A model generated the notes under the pieces. It made no database searches, was not told the origin of the DNA, and saw only the letters and a program-made list of their open reading frames with translations. This document shows positions 9,032 through 20,695 of a stretch of DNA of 64,000 bases, piece by piece. This DNA is from Macrostomum hystrix (taxonomy: Eukaryota > Animalia > Platyhelminthes), in the NCBI GenBank assembly GCA_950097015.1, contig CATNEN010000001.1:17298001-17362000 (forward strand), read 5' to 3'. Position 1 is the stretch's first letter; each line of letters opens with the position of its first letter. Position numbers and translations under genes: made by a program.

Positions 9032-11412
9032 TTAACTGATTAAATTTTCTTTCAGTCTCTCGCACCTTTCCGCTATGACAGCTGTTGTTAGCTCCGGGGA
9101 CTTCCAGCCAGTGATAGCTTCGATCAACTTGGCCGCGGTCTCTACCAGGCTAGTGACGCTGCGTTGTTCGGAGCCTGAGTAGGCGAAGTGAACCAACAGG
9201 CAGGCGACGGCCTGTAGTAATTCGCCACTGCTCACTTTTGGGCCGCTGTACGACTGGCGGGTGGGCTTGATCGCCGCCTCCAGTCTACTATCTGATGCAA
9301 CGCTGGCGTAGGTGCGTTGTGGTTGGCTAAGGCAAGGTTGATCCGGCCGAATGCCTAAGGGTTGTTGGCCAATACCAGAAGGAAAGTGTCCTATTGGTGC
9401 CTGGTGCAAGGAGTTGGATTGGTTGGCTGGCTGGCTAGCCAATGGCGTTGAACGAGCGAGTTGGGGTCGGTTACGCTGGACCCAGGCTTGAACTCGTAGG
9501 TTAGCAGCTATATAAGTAGGACAGTTTTTGGAAGTTGATCTGTGAGGCCCGCGACAGTTGGGGCAGCGCACATTCTCAGCGCCCTGGACCGGGCAGCCTT
9601 GTTCCTGTTCGTGAGAGAGGCCACATTTACGGCAGCGCGACTCTCTGGTGCATTGTCTAGCCAGGTGTCCAAAGGCTTGACAATTGTGGCATTGAGTCGC
9701 TCGCAGTGGTGGTGGTGCTCGCGATTCCTCCCACTTGTACATGAAGTACCCAACTTTGATTCCTTGAGTTAGGCACCTTGACAAAGTTCCGTCGTTAAGC
9801 GTGAACGCTCGAACAAGAGTGGTGGGCTCGTTGGTTGCGGCAGACCTGATCCGTACCACACCGCTGATGCGAGGTTCAGATTCTTGAATGCGTTCGAGGA
9901 ACTCGGGTAGGTCAATCTCTCGGCTTACATTCTTGATGATAAAAGAATGGCTCCTCGGGGCGGAAATGCTAGTCGGGAGTCTAGGCTTGGCACTTGGTGG
10001 AGCTTCCGGCTTGCGCAAGGGCAGGCGGCGCTCAACACCCTGTCCATCAATCGTTGTGGTCTTGAGGTTGTCGGTCAAGAGGTGATGAGCCCCCTGGTGA
10101 TCGACCGCAAATACTTTAAAGCCAGTCGTTAAGTAGCAGCGTTGGACCGAGCGAGTGCGAATCTCGGGAAAGTTTGCCTTCAGAAATTTCTCGAACCGGA
10201 GCTCGTCTGGGAGAAAGTTTGTGAAGGTAAACAGCACTGGCGCGATTTTGGCTTGGGGCTGCGTTTGGCTGCGAGGTGAAGAGTGCCGCGAACCGGCGAC
10301 CGAGTGAACGGAGTGGAAGGAGCCACCTTCCGATGTTGCGGCAGCGGCTGCAGCAGCGGCTGCATCGGTGGCGACACTGACCGGATAGTTTACCTTGTTT
10401 GGAGCTGGAGGAGCTGACTCAGGGTCAGAGGTACCTTTTCCTTGGAGAATAGTGATGTCATGAATGGCTGGTGATGTGACTCGGAAGGTGAGATTGATGC
10501 AGAGGTCTTTGATTGATGGGTCACGAAGAAGAGCGTGCTGTGTATGAGTTTGGGTGTCGCCTTTCATGATGAGCAGCGATCCATGTGCCAAGATTTGTGT
10601 GAAGAGAGAGAGGCCAGATGATTTAGAGCGGATGCGGAATTCGCGTGGAGCACCGATGGAGATGGAGCGATGGTTGGATCTTTGCCGAGCTTGGGTTCGT
10701 CATCAGAGTGATAACCTATCGAGTCGGCACCTGATTCATAGAAATTTACAAGACAAGAATTGAAGGCTGGAAGGCCTAATTGAGTATGTAGGAGATTTGC
10801 AAGGTTGGAGATCACTGGATGCCAGTTGGAGTTACCCTGGATTGTTTCACCAGAGTAAGTATAAGGAGGGCCGTACCAGAAGATTTTCCGAGGTTCGGCT
10901 CGTCCGTTGGTGTGATGACGTGAGGCTTGAGGCAGAATGAGGCAGCTTGAGGCTTGAGGCTTGATGTCAGTTGTGAGAGTTGTGAGCAGGTCATTTGCGA
11001 TGTCTTTGAAAGCGTGCGGATAATAGGAGATTGGACAAGAGTCGCCGATGAGAAACTTTGAGAAAAATCCTTTGGTTGAGATGAGCGGACTGTCGTAGAC
11101 GTGAGGTTGAGTTTGAGAAGAGACAGATGGATCACCTCCGGACGGCTGTGCCTGTTCTACAGAAGGTGCCCTATCGGAGGAGTTGTTCGAAGTGTCCATG
11201 GGACTTACGGACGCTGGAGCGACGCCATTCTTTGGAATCGTGCTGGTCTCAGCAGTTGGCTTAGGAATTCCGGACTGTCGTCTGGCCTTCTTGTCATCGG
11301 GCTCCATAGTTGCCTTGGTGGTGGCGTTAGCCGACTGTCGTTGGCGTTTGTCCTTCTGTTGTTGATTCTGGTTCTGCTGCTGCTGCTTTTGCTGATTCTT
11401 ATTTTGTTGCAT
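9032..11412 (-). CDS. LINE ORF1: Q/N-rich N-terminus, AlkB-family 2OG-Fe(II) dioxygenase, RRM-like region and three CCHC knuckles (1-bp frameshift at ~10666)
   Basis: Joining ORF 10564..11412 to ORF 9032..10591 restores ...GYHSDDEPKLGKDPTIA/SISIGAPREFRIR...LAHGSLLIMKGDTQTHTQHALL...CINLTFR. Knuckles: CHNCQAFGHLARQC, CRKCGLSHEQEQGC, CPNCRGPHRSTSKNC. Confidence 0.9.
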
Positions 11413-12749
11413 GCTAACTACTTTTCTTTAATCTAATAAATTAATATAAATAAAACTTAAAACTGTATATACTACTGTAGGTAATATTTATAAAACTGCA
11501 AAAAATGCCTTATAAAACTGCTTATTTTTTTCTAAATGCTGGAAGTCCGTCGGTCGTGAAGCGAAGTGAAGATTATGCAAGATACAATGAGCAAGAGAGG
11601 TATTAGAAAGAAGAGAGGAGAAAAGTGGACAGGGGACCAAGCGCAGGCGATGGGTTAGCTAACGTAGTGGAGGTACGCACGGGAAAGCGTAGTCCACGGA
11701 CAGGGAAAGGACGGGACACAGGACACAGGGCAGGGGACACAGGGCAAGGGACACAGGCAGGGGGCGCAGCAGGGCGCAGGGGGCGAAGGGCAGGGGCGCA
11801 GCAAGGCGCAGGGGCAAGGGGCGCAGCAAGGCGCAGGGAGAGAGGGCTCCTCAAAGAGGAGAAAAAGAGCCTCTTAAAAGAGGAGGAGGAGGGGAGAAAA
11901 CTAGGCCCTAAGGGAATGGATACTCTCAAGAGTATAGGATAACTGACGAGCTCCTAAAACCGTACTAGAGAATTGAGCTCTAGCTTGGAGGACGGTTCTG
12001 TCTGGATATTTCTCGTCGTCTGCACTTGGAACTGTGCCTAGTGAAAATGGTGGAAGGTCAGGAGTTCGAGACCGACGCATGAAGAAATTTCAGTCCACGC
12101 AGTGCCATCAATATAAAGAAATAGTGCTACCATGACACTAACACCATCTCAAGGATTCGTCGGACTGTGCTCTACTTATAGTAGGAGCATTTGAGCGTTG
12201 TTCTGCCAGTCTTCTTCCGAACTTAAGCGATTGCACCATGGTGTGCAATGTGACTCAGTGCGCAGACAGAGCTGGAACGAGAGAGAGAAAGCGGAGGGGG
12301 TGGCGAGCGGAGGTGACAGTGCACGGGAAAACACTAACTACCCACACCCCAGCCCTCCCACAGACCTAGAACAGCCTGACTCACAGATTGCCTGGAGGCT
12401 GCTCAGCAGTCTACAGCACATCACATGCTAATACCAATAATTAAACGAGGACTCGATTCCATGTGATTCTCTTCTCAGATTCTCCTCTCTGCATCAGCCT
12501 CGAGGAGACATGCCCGCTATGGTCAGGCATTTTCCTTATATTTAACACACTGACTTTGACAAAAAGAGGCTGTTCCTGTTTCTAACTTTCAATTACATTC
12601 AAATTCTGCCGCTTTCCACAGTGCTTTTTTCATCTGCTCTCTCTCCCGATCTTTTCGTGAATCCCTTTTCTCCTGCGCCAGATGCAGAGTAAAAACGACT
12701 GACAGTTGATACTACTCCTCATCTAGTAGTCTGTGTTGCAACTTTTCTG

Positions 12750-14135
12750 TATTGGTTTAACTGAAATATTCACTTCCTTGAAGGCACTCTTAGCAGGTTA
12801 AAGTCACAGGCCACAGGGCATGTTACATACTTCTCCAGGCTGCAGGTGTGGGTGCACTGATTAAGAGTTGGACTATCTAAGATTTGACACCTTGATCTGA
12901 ATGGCGTAGGCGAGGGGGTCATACTAGCTACTAGTAGCCGAACACTAGTAGTATGGGTTACCAGAAATCTGCCTAACACAGGGGAATAAGAGAGCGTGCA
13001 TTTGGATGGGAGAGGGTGGCCTATCCTCTGCATATAGGACAGGTGACGCTGTGACGATCTATGTGGCTGAGGGGTTGGTGATAAGCAAAGTGATCTGATC
13101 CTCCACTGAAACAAGAGCAGGCTCCAATAGCACAATAGTGAATGCTGAGCGTTATGTAAACATAATCCACTCACGATATAAATTCGTGGCTCTTTCGCGT
13201 ACGGCACGCCTCAGGGATTCTAAATCCTTCAGCTGGCAGCCACTCGAGACATATCATATCTGAAACAAACGCTGGTAAAAGAGGAAGAATAACTGGTATG
13301 TATTTAATGTAACGCTCTTGGAAGACAGTTAAAATGTATCGGGTTTCAGTAATCGGTACTCACAACAAAAGTAAGCAATCAGAATACCGTATAAAGGTTG
13401 GGTACTGTGTGTACTGTGTGTACACAGCGGAGGTTAAATTATAAAAACCATTTACCTTAATAACGTCGTCTCCGATTGGCTGCAAAATCTTTGCGTCTTG
13501 CTTTTGAGTACACACAAAACTGTAGTGACTCGTCTCATCGACCATAAACAGCAGAAAACGTTTTCCGAACTTTCGAAGCTAAAAGTACCAATAAAAATGT
13601 ATAATCCAGAATGGTGATATTCGAAACAAATCGACTTACAGTAAAGAGGAAACTATCCAAATCATTATAAGCAATACCTCATTTGTTATCGTTTTTTGCG
13701 GCATTGGCTGCTTTGACGCATCCTCCTTAAGAGCTTGTTTCTCCTGTGAAGAAAGGGCTTTGTAGGCGGCAGCCACTGATGACTGGTGATCTGCCTTTGG
13801 CAAGATGAACATGCTGATCATAGGGTCTCATCCAGTATGTCAAAAATATTTCACTAATTTAAACATGCTAAAGAAGTGCGAAAGATGGCCAGGTAGAAAG
13901 GACTCCGCGGCTACACATAGTCCTAGTCTACAGTACAAGGGGTCAGTATACAACTTAAAGACGTAAAGTAAAAGTCCTAACATCTTGAATGACTACCCTA
14001 ATTTGGCAAAGGTGTCAGAAACTCAACGAAAACACTAAAGTGTACAAGTCGAACGGAAAAATATAAAGTAACAAAACTTACTAAACTTCTTCGCCTTCTT
14101 TTGGAACTCACTGTAACTGTTGCGGCCCATTTGGA
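12750..14135 (-). other. Possible multi-exon gene or relic with an HMG-box-like segment, perhaps transposon-associated
   Basis: Short minus-strand exon-like pieces bounded by AG/GT: MGRNSYSEFQKKAKKF (~14085-14130) and VAAAYKALSSQEKQALKEDA (~13680-13795). Not assembled into a full ORF. Confidence 0.25.
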
Positions 14136-14339
14136 ACACTGAAAAAATAAAAGTTACGTAAATTTGCAAATCTAGAATTAAAAACTTTCATCAACTCTAC
14201 TAAAATCAAAACCAATTCTGTAACAAAATCATAAAACAACTAAAGGGTTACCTACTTTCTAGGGTTAGAACGGGGTATATAGGATGGCAATAAAAGGCAA
14301 GGGCAAGTTGAGTAACTGGGGAGAGCAATGGAAATCCAG

Positions 14340-15960
14340 GAAGAGCAAAAGGGTAGCTAGGCAGAGCAGGGTGTAGCTAGGGAGAGCAGGGGGTTGCTAG
14401 GGAGAGCAGCGGTAGCTAGAGAGAGCAGGGTGTAGCTAGGGAGAGCAGCGGTAGCTAGAGAGAGCAGGGATAGATATAGAGAGCAGCGGTAGCTAGGCAG
14501 AGCAGGGTGTAGCTAGGGAGAGCAGGGGGTTGCTAGGGAGAGCAGCGGTAGCTAGAGAGAGCAGGGGTAGATATAGAGAGCAGCGGTAGCTAGGCAGAGC
14601 AGGGGGTTGCTAGGGAGAGCAGCGGTAGCTAGAGAGAGCAGGGGTAGATATAGAGAGCAGCGGTAGCTAGGCAGAGCAGGGTGTAGCTAGGGAGAGCAGG
14701 GGGTTGCTAGGGAGAGCAGCGGTAGCTAGAGAGAGCAGGGGTAGATATAGAGAGCAGCGGTAGCTAGAGAGAGCAGGGGTAGATATAGAGAGCAGCGGTA
14801 GCTAGGCAGAGCAGGGTGTAGCTAGGGAGAGCAGGGGTTGCTAGGGAGAGCAGCGGTAGCTAGAGAGAGCAGGGGTAGATATAGAGAGCAGCGCGGTAGC
14901 TAGGGAGAGCTGGGGTAGATATAGAGAGCAGCGGTAGCTAGGGAGAGCTGGGGTAGATATAGAGAGCCTTGTGTAGCTAGGAAGCCTAGTGGCTTCCTAG
15001 AGAGGTTGTAGCCTAGTGGTTAGGGCGTCGGACTAACGACTTGAAGGTCGGGGGTTCGATTCCCGACTCCACTGAAACAATTTGTGTCCTTTAGCAAGAC
15101 ACTTAACTCTGCATTGCTTCAGTTCACCCAGCTGTTAAATGGGTACCAGCATCAGCTGGGATAATTGAAGGTGGGTGTGGCGTCCCCCCAGTCCATGGAC
15201 TGAACAGCTGTACGTAGCCTTCAGATGCGCCGCGCAATAGCTGCGGCTGTGCTGTCGGCTGCACATCTGGCCCGATTGGGGCAGGTGTAGTCAATTATTA
15301 ATTATTAGTAGCTAGGAAGAACAAGGGTAGCAAAGGAGGGCAAGGGTGTAGCTAGAAAGAGCAGGGTGTAGCTAGAAAGAGCAGGGTGTAGCTAGGGAAA
15401 GCAGGGTGTAGCTAGGGAGAGCAGGGTGTAGCTAGAAAGAGCAGGGTGTAGCTAGAAAGAGCAGGGTGTAGCTAGAAAGAGCAGGGTGTAGCTAGGGAAA
15501 GCAGGGTGTAGCTAGGGAAAGCAGGGTGTAGCTAGGGAGAGCAGGGTGTAGCTAGAAAGAGCAGGGTGTAGCTAGAAAGAGCAGGGTGTAGCTAGGGAGA
15601 GCAGGGTGTAGCTAGAAAGAGCAGGGTGTAGCTAGAAAGAGCAGGGTGTAGCTAGGGAGAGCAGGGTGTAGCTAGGGAGAGCAGGGTGTAGCTAGGGAGA
15701 GCAGGGTGTAGCTAGAAAGAGCAGGGTGTAGCTAGGGAGAGCAGGGTGTAGCTAGAAAGAGCAGGGTGTAGCTAGGGAGAGCAGGGTGTAGCTAGAAAGA
15801 GCAGGCTGTAGCTAGGGAGAGCAGGGTGTAGCTAGAAAGAGCAGGGTGTAGCTAGGGAGAGCAGGGGGTTGCTAGGGAGAGCATTGTTTAGCTAGAGAGA
15901 GCAGGGTGTAGCTAGGGACAGCAGCGGTAGCTAGGGAGAGCTGGGATTAGCTAGAGAGAG
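14340..15960. repeat. 19-21-bp minisatellite (GCAGGGTGTAGCTAGGGAGA), interrupted by a SINE
   Basis: Directly visible tandem array. Confidence 0.95.
14985..15307 (+). mobile_element. tRNA-derived SINE, family B, with CORE-like central domain
   Basis: A box TAGCCTAGTGG, B box GGTTCGATTCC, central GTGTCCTTTAGCAAGACACTTAAC, (ATT)n tail. TSD GTAGCTAGGAAG at 14973-14984 and 15308-15319. Second copy at 62100-62331. Confidence 0.85.
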
Positions 15961-18225
15961 CAGTGGATTGGATAGAGGGCAATGGAATAAGAAGTGCAAG
16001 CTAGGGTAGGTTAGGTAGGGAAAGTAGGGAAGTAGCTAGGGAATACAACTAGCAAGGGAGAGATAGTTGAATGATTAGGTTGGTTGCTAGTAGCCTGTGG
16101 CATAGACAAGTTTTTTCTTTGGTTGGGGTAGTGGTCTAAGCTTTTGCTTCAGAATCAAATATTTGTCCTAGGTCTTATAGTCACAGATGAGCTATTGTAG
16201 TGCTATTGTGCTAATTCTGCTAATAATTAATCAATTATCTAGACAATTTGTTTAAAAAATAAAATTTTCTAATAGCTACCTTGTTTCCTAATATACAGAT
16301 GAAATAATTTGTCTATCGATATATTTAAGATATACAGTTTATAGCATTATCAATATCTACTGTTAGAAAAAAATACCTAGAAGGAAATCTAGATCAAATC
16401 TGTGCTCGCAATTAGACTATCAGTAGCTAAGTTAATTAATGCTATTTTCACAGCCTGTTTCTGTTAGTGATAAAGTTCATATAATTTAACGAGTTACCCA
16501 AATTAAAAACTACGCTATGCAGCTTTGCTTTAAACCCAGAATAGTGCTGTAGTAGCAAATTATCAGTATGCATAACTAACAAAGCTAGTCTGTCTGTTAA
16601 AACATCTTTAGGCCCCTAAGCAAAACGAAGCAGGCGGAAAATATAAAGTGTGACGTTGGCTCTCTAAGTTAATGTAATTTTAATATGCTAGTTCGAATTA
16701 TGTGCATTATTTTCGTTAGCTATATTTTTAGGGATATTTCTTCGGTTTTCCATTAATATTTATAATGGTTTTGTTTTAGTGCACTACATAGTCGTAGTTC
16801 GTATTCAAATGTGCTAATTAGGCCTTTCCAGGAAGGCTACCTCTTACCCCGGGCTTCGGGGCTTGTTCTACGACTGAGTGCTGGTTGTTATTTTGTCGGT
16901 GACTAATTTGAACTGTAGCTGTAGCTGTATTTCAAGTGAATCCATTGAGTAGCTCTGTAACCCATCTAAGGTATAGCCAGCATTCGCCGTAAAGACGATC
17001 TCTTAATTCGAAGGCCCAATTTATTGCATGAGAGTGCTTTCCGCTACGAAGTTTTTGTAACGATTGATAATTTACCTTGCTATTAAAATAAACCGAAACT
17101 GCTACGCCTATTCGTTTAAACCGAAACTTCGTCATAATAGAGTATAACAGCTTCGTGCAGAAAGAATAAGTAACGAATTCTGACAAAAGCTCTCATACTT
17201 CATAGCCTTAAAGTCACGAAATGTATATGTGATGTATTTAAAATAATCAATTAAATAATCTAGTTAATATTAATGCTACTATTGCTTTGTATAATTTGTC
17301 TGGATTCATTACTTTAATACTGAAAAAAACTTTTTAAATTAAACATGCGCAATTTTTTATTTCTAATAAAGAGGAGCGCAGTAGGCCTAACTTATTACTA
17401 GACGGGTATAAAGTGGAGCATAGGGGCCTAAAGCATGCTGTAGTGCCGCCCAGGCACCAGTTGTATCACACTTTACTACTGTCTAGATGGTTGACTATAG
17501 GGTGCTTGTGCCCCTCTCCCGTGTTATGTAAATATTAAAATTTCCACAGTATTCTACAATCTACAGTCTACTTGAGAGTACTCCAGTGAATGATATGCTC
17601 GAAACATACCTGCAGGAGTTGTTAGGAGCAGGAAAGTGCAGAAATAACAATTGCCAAAAATAGATTTTTCGAAGTAAATGCTCTTGGAGTCTTGGTGCAT
17701 AATGCTAAGAAGTAAACTTTTTAAAATATTTTTTGTGTGTTTACTTGCTTACATAGAACTTACATAACTTACATAACTTACATAGAATGCACTAAGAGTC
17801 ATATTAAGGAAATATTTTATTTAGTAGCAAATTAATCTTTTTTCAACAGTAAATCCTTTAGTTTAGAACTTGTAATTTAAATTATTTTTCAGTTAATTGT
17901 TTAATTAATCCTAGAAAACTTTAAGATCTTCATTATAAATATATAAATATAATCATAAGTAAAACAAATGAATAATACCTAAAAACAAACAAACAACCAC
18001 CGAAAAGCCAATTAGATAATATATGTGCACTCAGATAACATAGTGGTATGCCACCCAGAAAATATTGTTGCCTAAGACTAAAGTAACAAGGCAATAATAA
18101 AATTATATTTTTTCTCCTAGATCTTCCTAACCCTTCTCTTCTCTCCTTTGCATCAGTTTTGGCCATTGACATGGCCAACTGTTACATCATTAAAAAACTA
18201 GGTAAAGTATTTACTTGCTGTAGCT

Positions 18226-18418
18226 TAGGGGTCCCGGCTTTTTGTTAGTGTTCAAGATCCCGGGATTAGAGGTCCGGGATCCTAGTAAACACAGGATTGG
18301 AATTCACATTGGACACTAGGCCCAATGGCCCGGGCCCCGCCAAAGGCCCGCAACTAAGGAAAAGAAATGGGGCAGAAAAAGGAGGTGGGGTGGGGACTGG
18401 GTTCTGCTGAGTCTGCGC

Positions 18419-18459
<41 letters not shown>

Positions 18460-19046
18460 TCTGTGTTGGGGGCAGAGGCACCAGAGCAGCGTATGCAGTT
18501 CTAATCCAAAGGGTGCTAAGGGTGTAGTTTAGTATATATGTACAACTGTACATGGATACGGATAGTGAACACTGAACATCGGACAAGGATTAGAAAGCCA
18601 AGACTCATGAGTCATGACCTTGGGGTGGGTTGTCTTGTCCCTATATATAAAAATTAACTTGTATAGAAATGATAAACAACTGGAAGGAAACTGGCAATTG
18701 CAAATTTCTATTACTGCTGCTTGCTTGTACTTGTGTTGCATTGGATTGCATGATTTGCAATGGAAATATATTGCATTGATGGAAGGAATGTGACAGTTTT
18801 ATATGGAATAAGTGACCAAGGATAAGTGATATGAAATATATTCAACTATTTTGTCAATGCAGTGTAAGCTAGAAAGTAGAAACCCAAATGATGCTCAAAT
18901 TGGTTGAGAAATTTGTTTTTTTGGACAATGGAAAGCTTCTGGCAAATTTGTTTGTTCAATCCCGTGATTGGCCTGGGATCCCGGGATTGGGTCATTTTTT
19001 GTCTGGGATCCCGGGATTGTAAAACGTCCGTGATTTGGGACCCCTA
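18226..19046. mobile_element. Non-autonomous hAT-type DNA transposon (MITE), 821 bp
   Basis: TIR TAGGGGTCCC/GGGACCCCTA, perfect 8-bp TSD CTGTAGCT (18218-18225, 19047-19054), subterminal ATCCCGGGAT palindromes at both ends. Confidence 0.9.
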
Positions 19047-20695
19047 CTGTAGCTACAAAAGTCTTTATCTTTTGTTGAATAGTTTAATGTGCAAAATTTG
19101 ATTATTTTAATTTTTAATTATAACTTTTAATTTTTTTAAAGGCTTTGAAAAAATTATTTCTAAAAACACTTTTGGTTTCCAACTGACTTATAAATTTAAT
19201 CACTATTTTTGGAGGGATGTTAATATTTTTTAAGTTAACAGGTTTTAATTAGAATCATGCTTGCAAGTTACCTGTTTTTTACTGCCTTTTGCTTATAGCC
19301 TACTTATGTATTGTATATGTTGTAGGGTTTTAGTTTGATAACTTAATATCCCACCAAATGGCACTAAAGTTGTAGGCCTAACTGCTTAATAAATTCCTAA
19401 TCCTAATAATGCCACCAAAGTTGTTGTAGGGCTAGGCTTATATATAAACTTATATAAACTTATTAAATCCAACTGCTGTTATCAAAGTTTTTACAGCCTG
19501 GCTTTATTAACTTGTTCAAATATTGTTTTGTATCAAACTTATGAGTGTCTTTAGTTATTCACTTTTTGTATTTCTTATTTCAATTCAATTTGGTAGCATT
19601 TTGTATTTAGTTGGGTAGCGTTATAATTTCAATATGGCTGATATTTATCCTTTCTATAACTTTACTGTATTATTTCTGTAAGCACTCTTTATCAGTCTTT
19701 ATCAGTATTTATTACTCTTTATCCATCTTCATCTATCTTTATTACTCTTCAATTACTCTTTAATCAATCTTCAATTCAGTCTTCAGTCCGTGTTGGGCTT
19801 TACCAGTGGATCTAGGGTTATAGCAGTTTTCTAAATGTGTTTAACCATTTTCAAAATACAGTGGTTACCTGTTTTCTAAAAGTGTATTGAAGTTTTCTAA
19901 GTGTGTTTTATACAGTTTTCTAATGTGTTTAAAAGTTCTTAATTCTTTTAAGTACTTGGGCTTGGGCTTTACCAGTGGATCTAGGGTTACAGCTCCTCTT
20001 TCAATCTATTCACTTTTCTTTCTCAAGGTCTCTTCAAATAACTTTAAGACAAACACTTCAACATTCAAGCTTTCTTATTCTGAATACAGCAAAAGCATTG
20101 TTGGTTTCTAGCCTTCTCTCACTCGTATCATGTATTTATACCTATTTTTCACTTCCCTTCTTCACATTATTAAAACTGTTATATTTTCAGTGCATCAGTG
20201 CATAAAAACTAAATTTGATGCATTATAACAAACAGAGTGTATTTAAACGAAAATTAATTGGATTTCTAAGAAAATAGTGAAGCCCTATCTCATATATGAA
20301 TGATTATTGAGCATTTTTGCTTATCTCATAAAGTATTTACACTTCAATATTTTTGAACAAATGATAAATTATGAGCTTTTGTAAGAAACTGATTGTTGCT
20401 AAGGTTTGCAGTCCCAGGGTTAAGGATTCAGGAATCTTGATATAAGATATTACCTAGGGATCCGAGGATTTTTAAGAATAGAACAAAGTTTTCATTGTTA
20501 ATTTTTATTTTCATTTATATTATGGTTATACTATTTTATTATATTTTCAAGAAAAAAAAATTATTATTTATTATTATAGTTACTTAAAATTTATTTTATT
20601 TTATTTCTTTTTATTTATATATAATAAATTGATTTCTTTTATTTAACAAGCTGTTATACAGTTAATTTCTTGTTGCAGTTAGTCAGTGCAGACAT

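Larger units (their letters stand above)
5911..12080 (-). mobile_element. Full-length non-LTR retrotransposon (I/Jockey group) with AlkB-containing ORF1
   Basis: ORF1 plus APE-RT ORF2. 3' stem-loop (5922-5938) followed by an A-rich tail. Direct repeat GAAGAAATTT at 5901-5910 and 12081-12090, read as the TSD. Confidence 0.9.

Noticed and set aside
10564-11412. Host ALKBH2/ALKBH3 gene or processed pseudogene adjacent to a LINE
   Set aside because: Intronless, inside the TSD-bounded element, and its C-terminal half is in the same frame as the gag knuckles, so it is better read as part of ORF1.
15001-15075. tRNA gene
   Set aside because: Acceptor and anticodon stems are imperfect, and the sequence continues into a SINE body with tail and TSD. 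The same applies to the family A heads.
19792-19990. 28-bp direct repeat TTGGGCTTTACCAGTGGATCTAGGGTTA
   Set aside because: Only two copies in AT-rich DNA; most likely a small local duplication.
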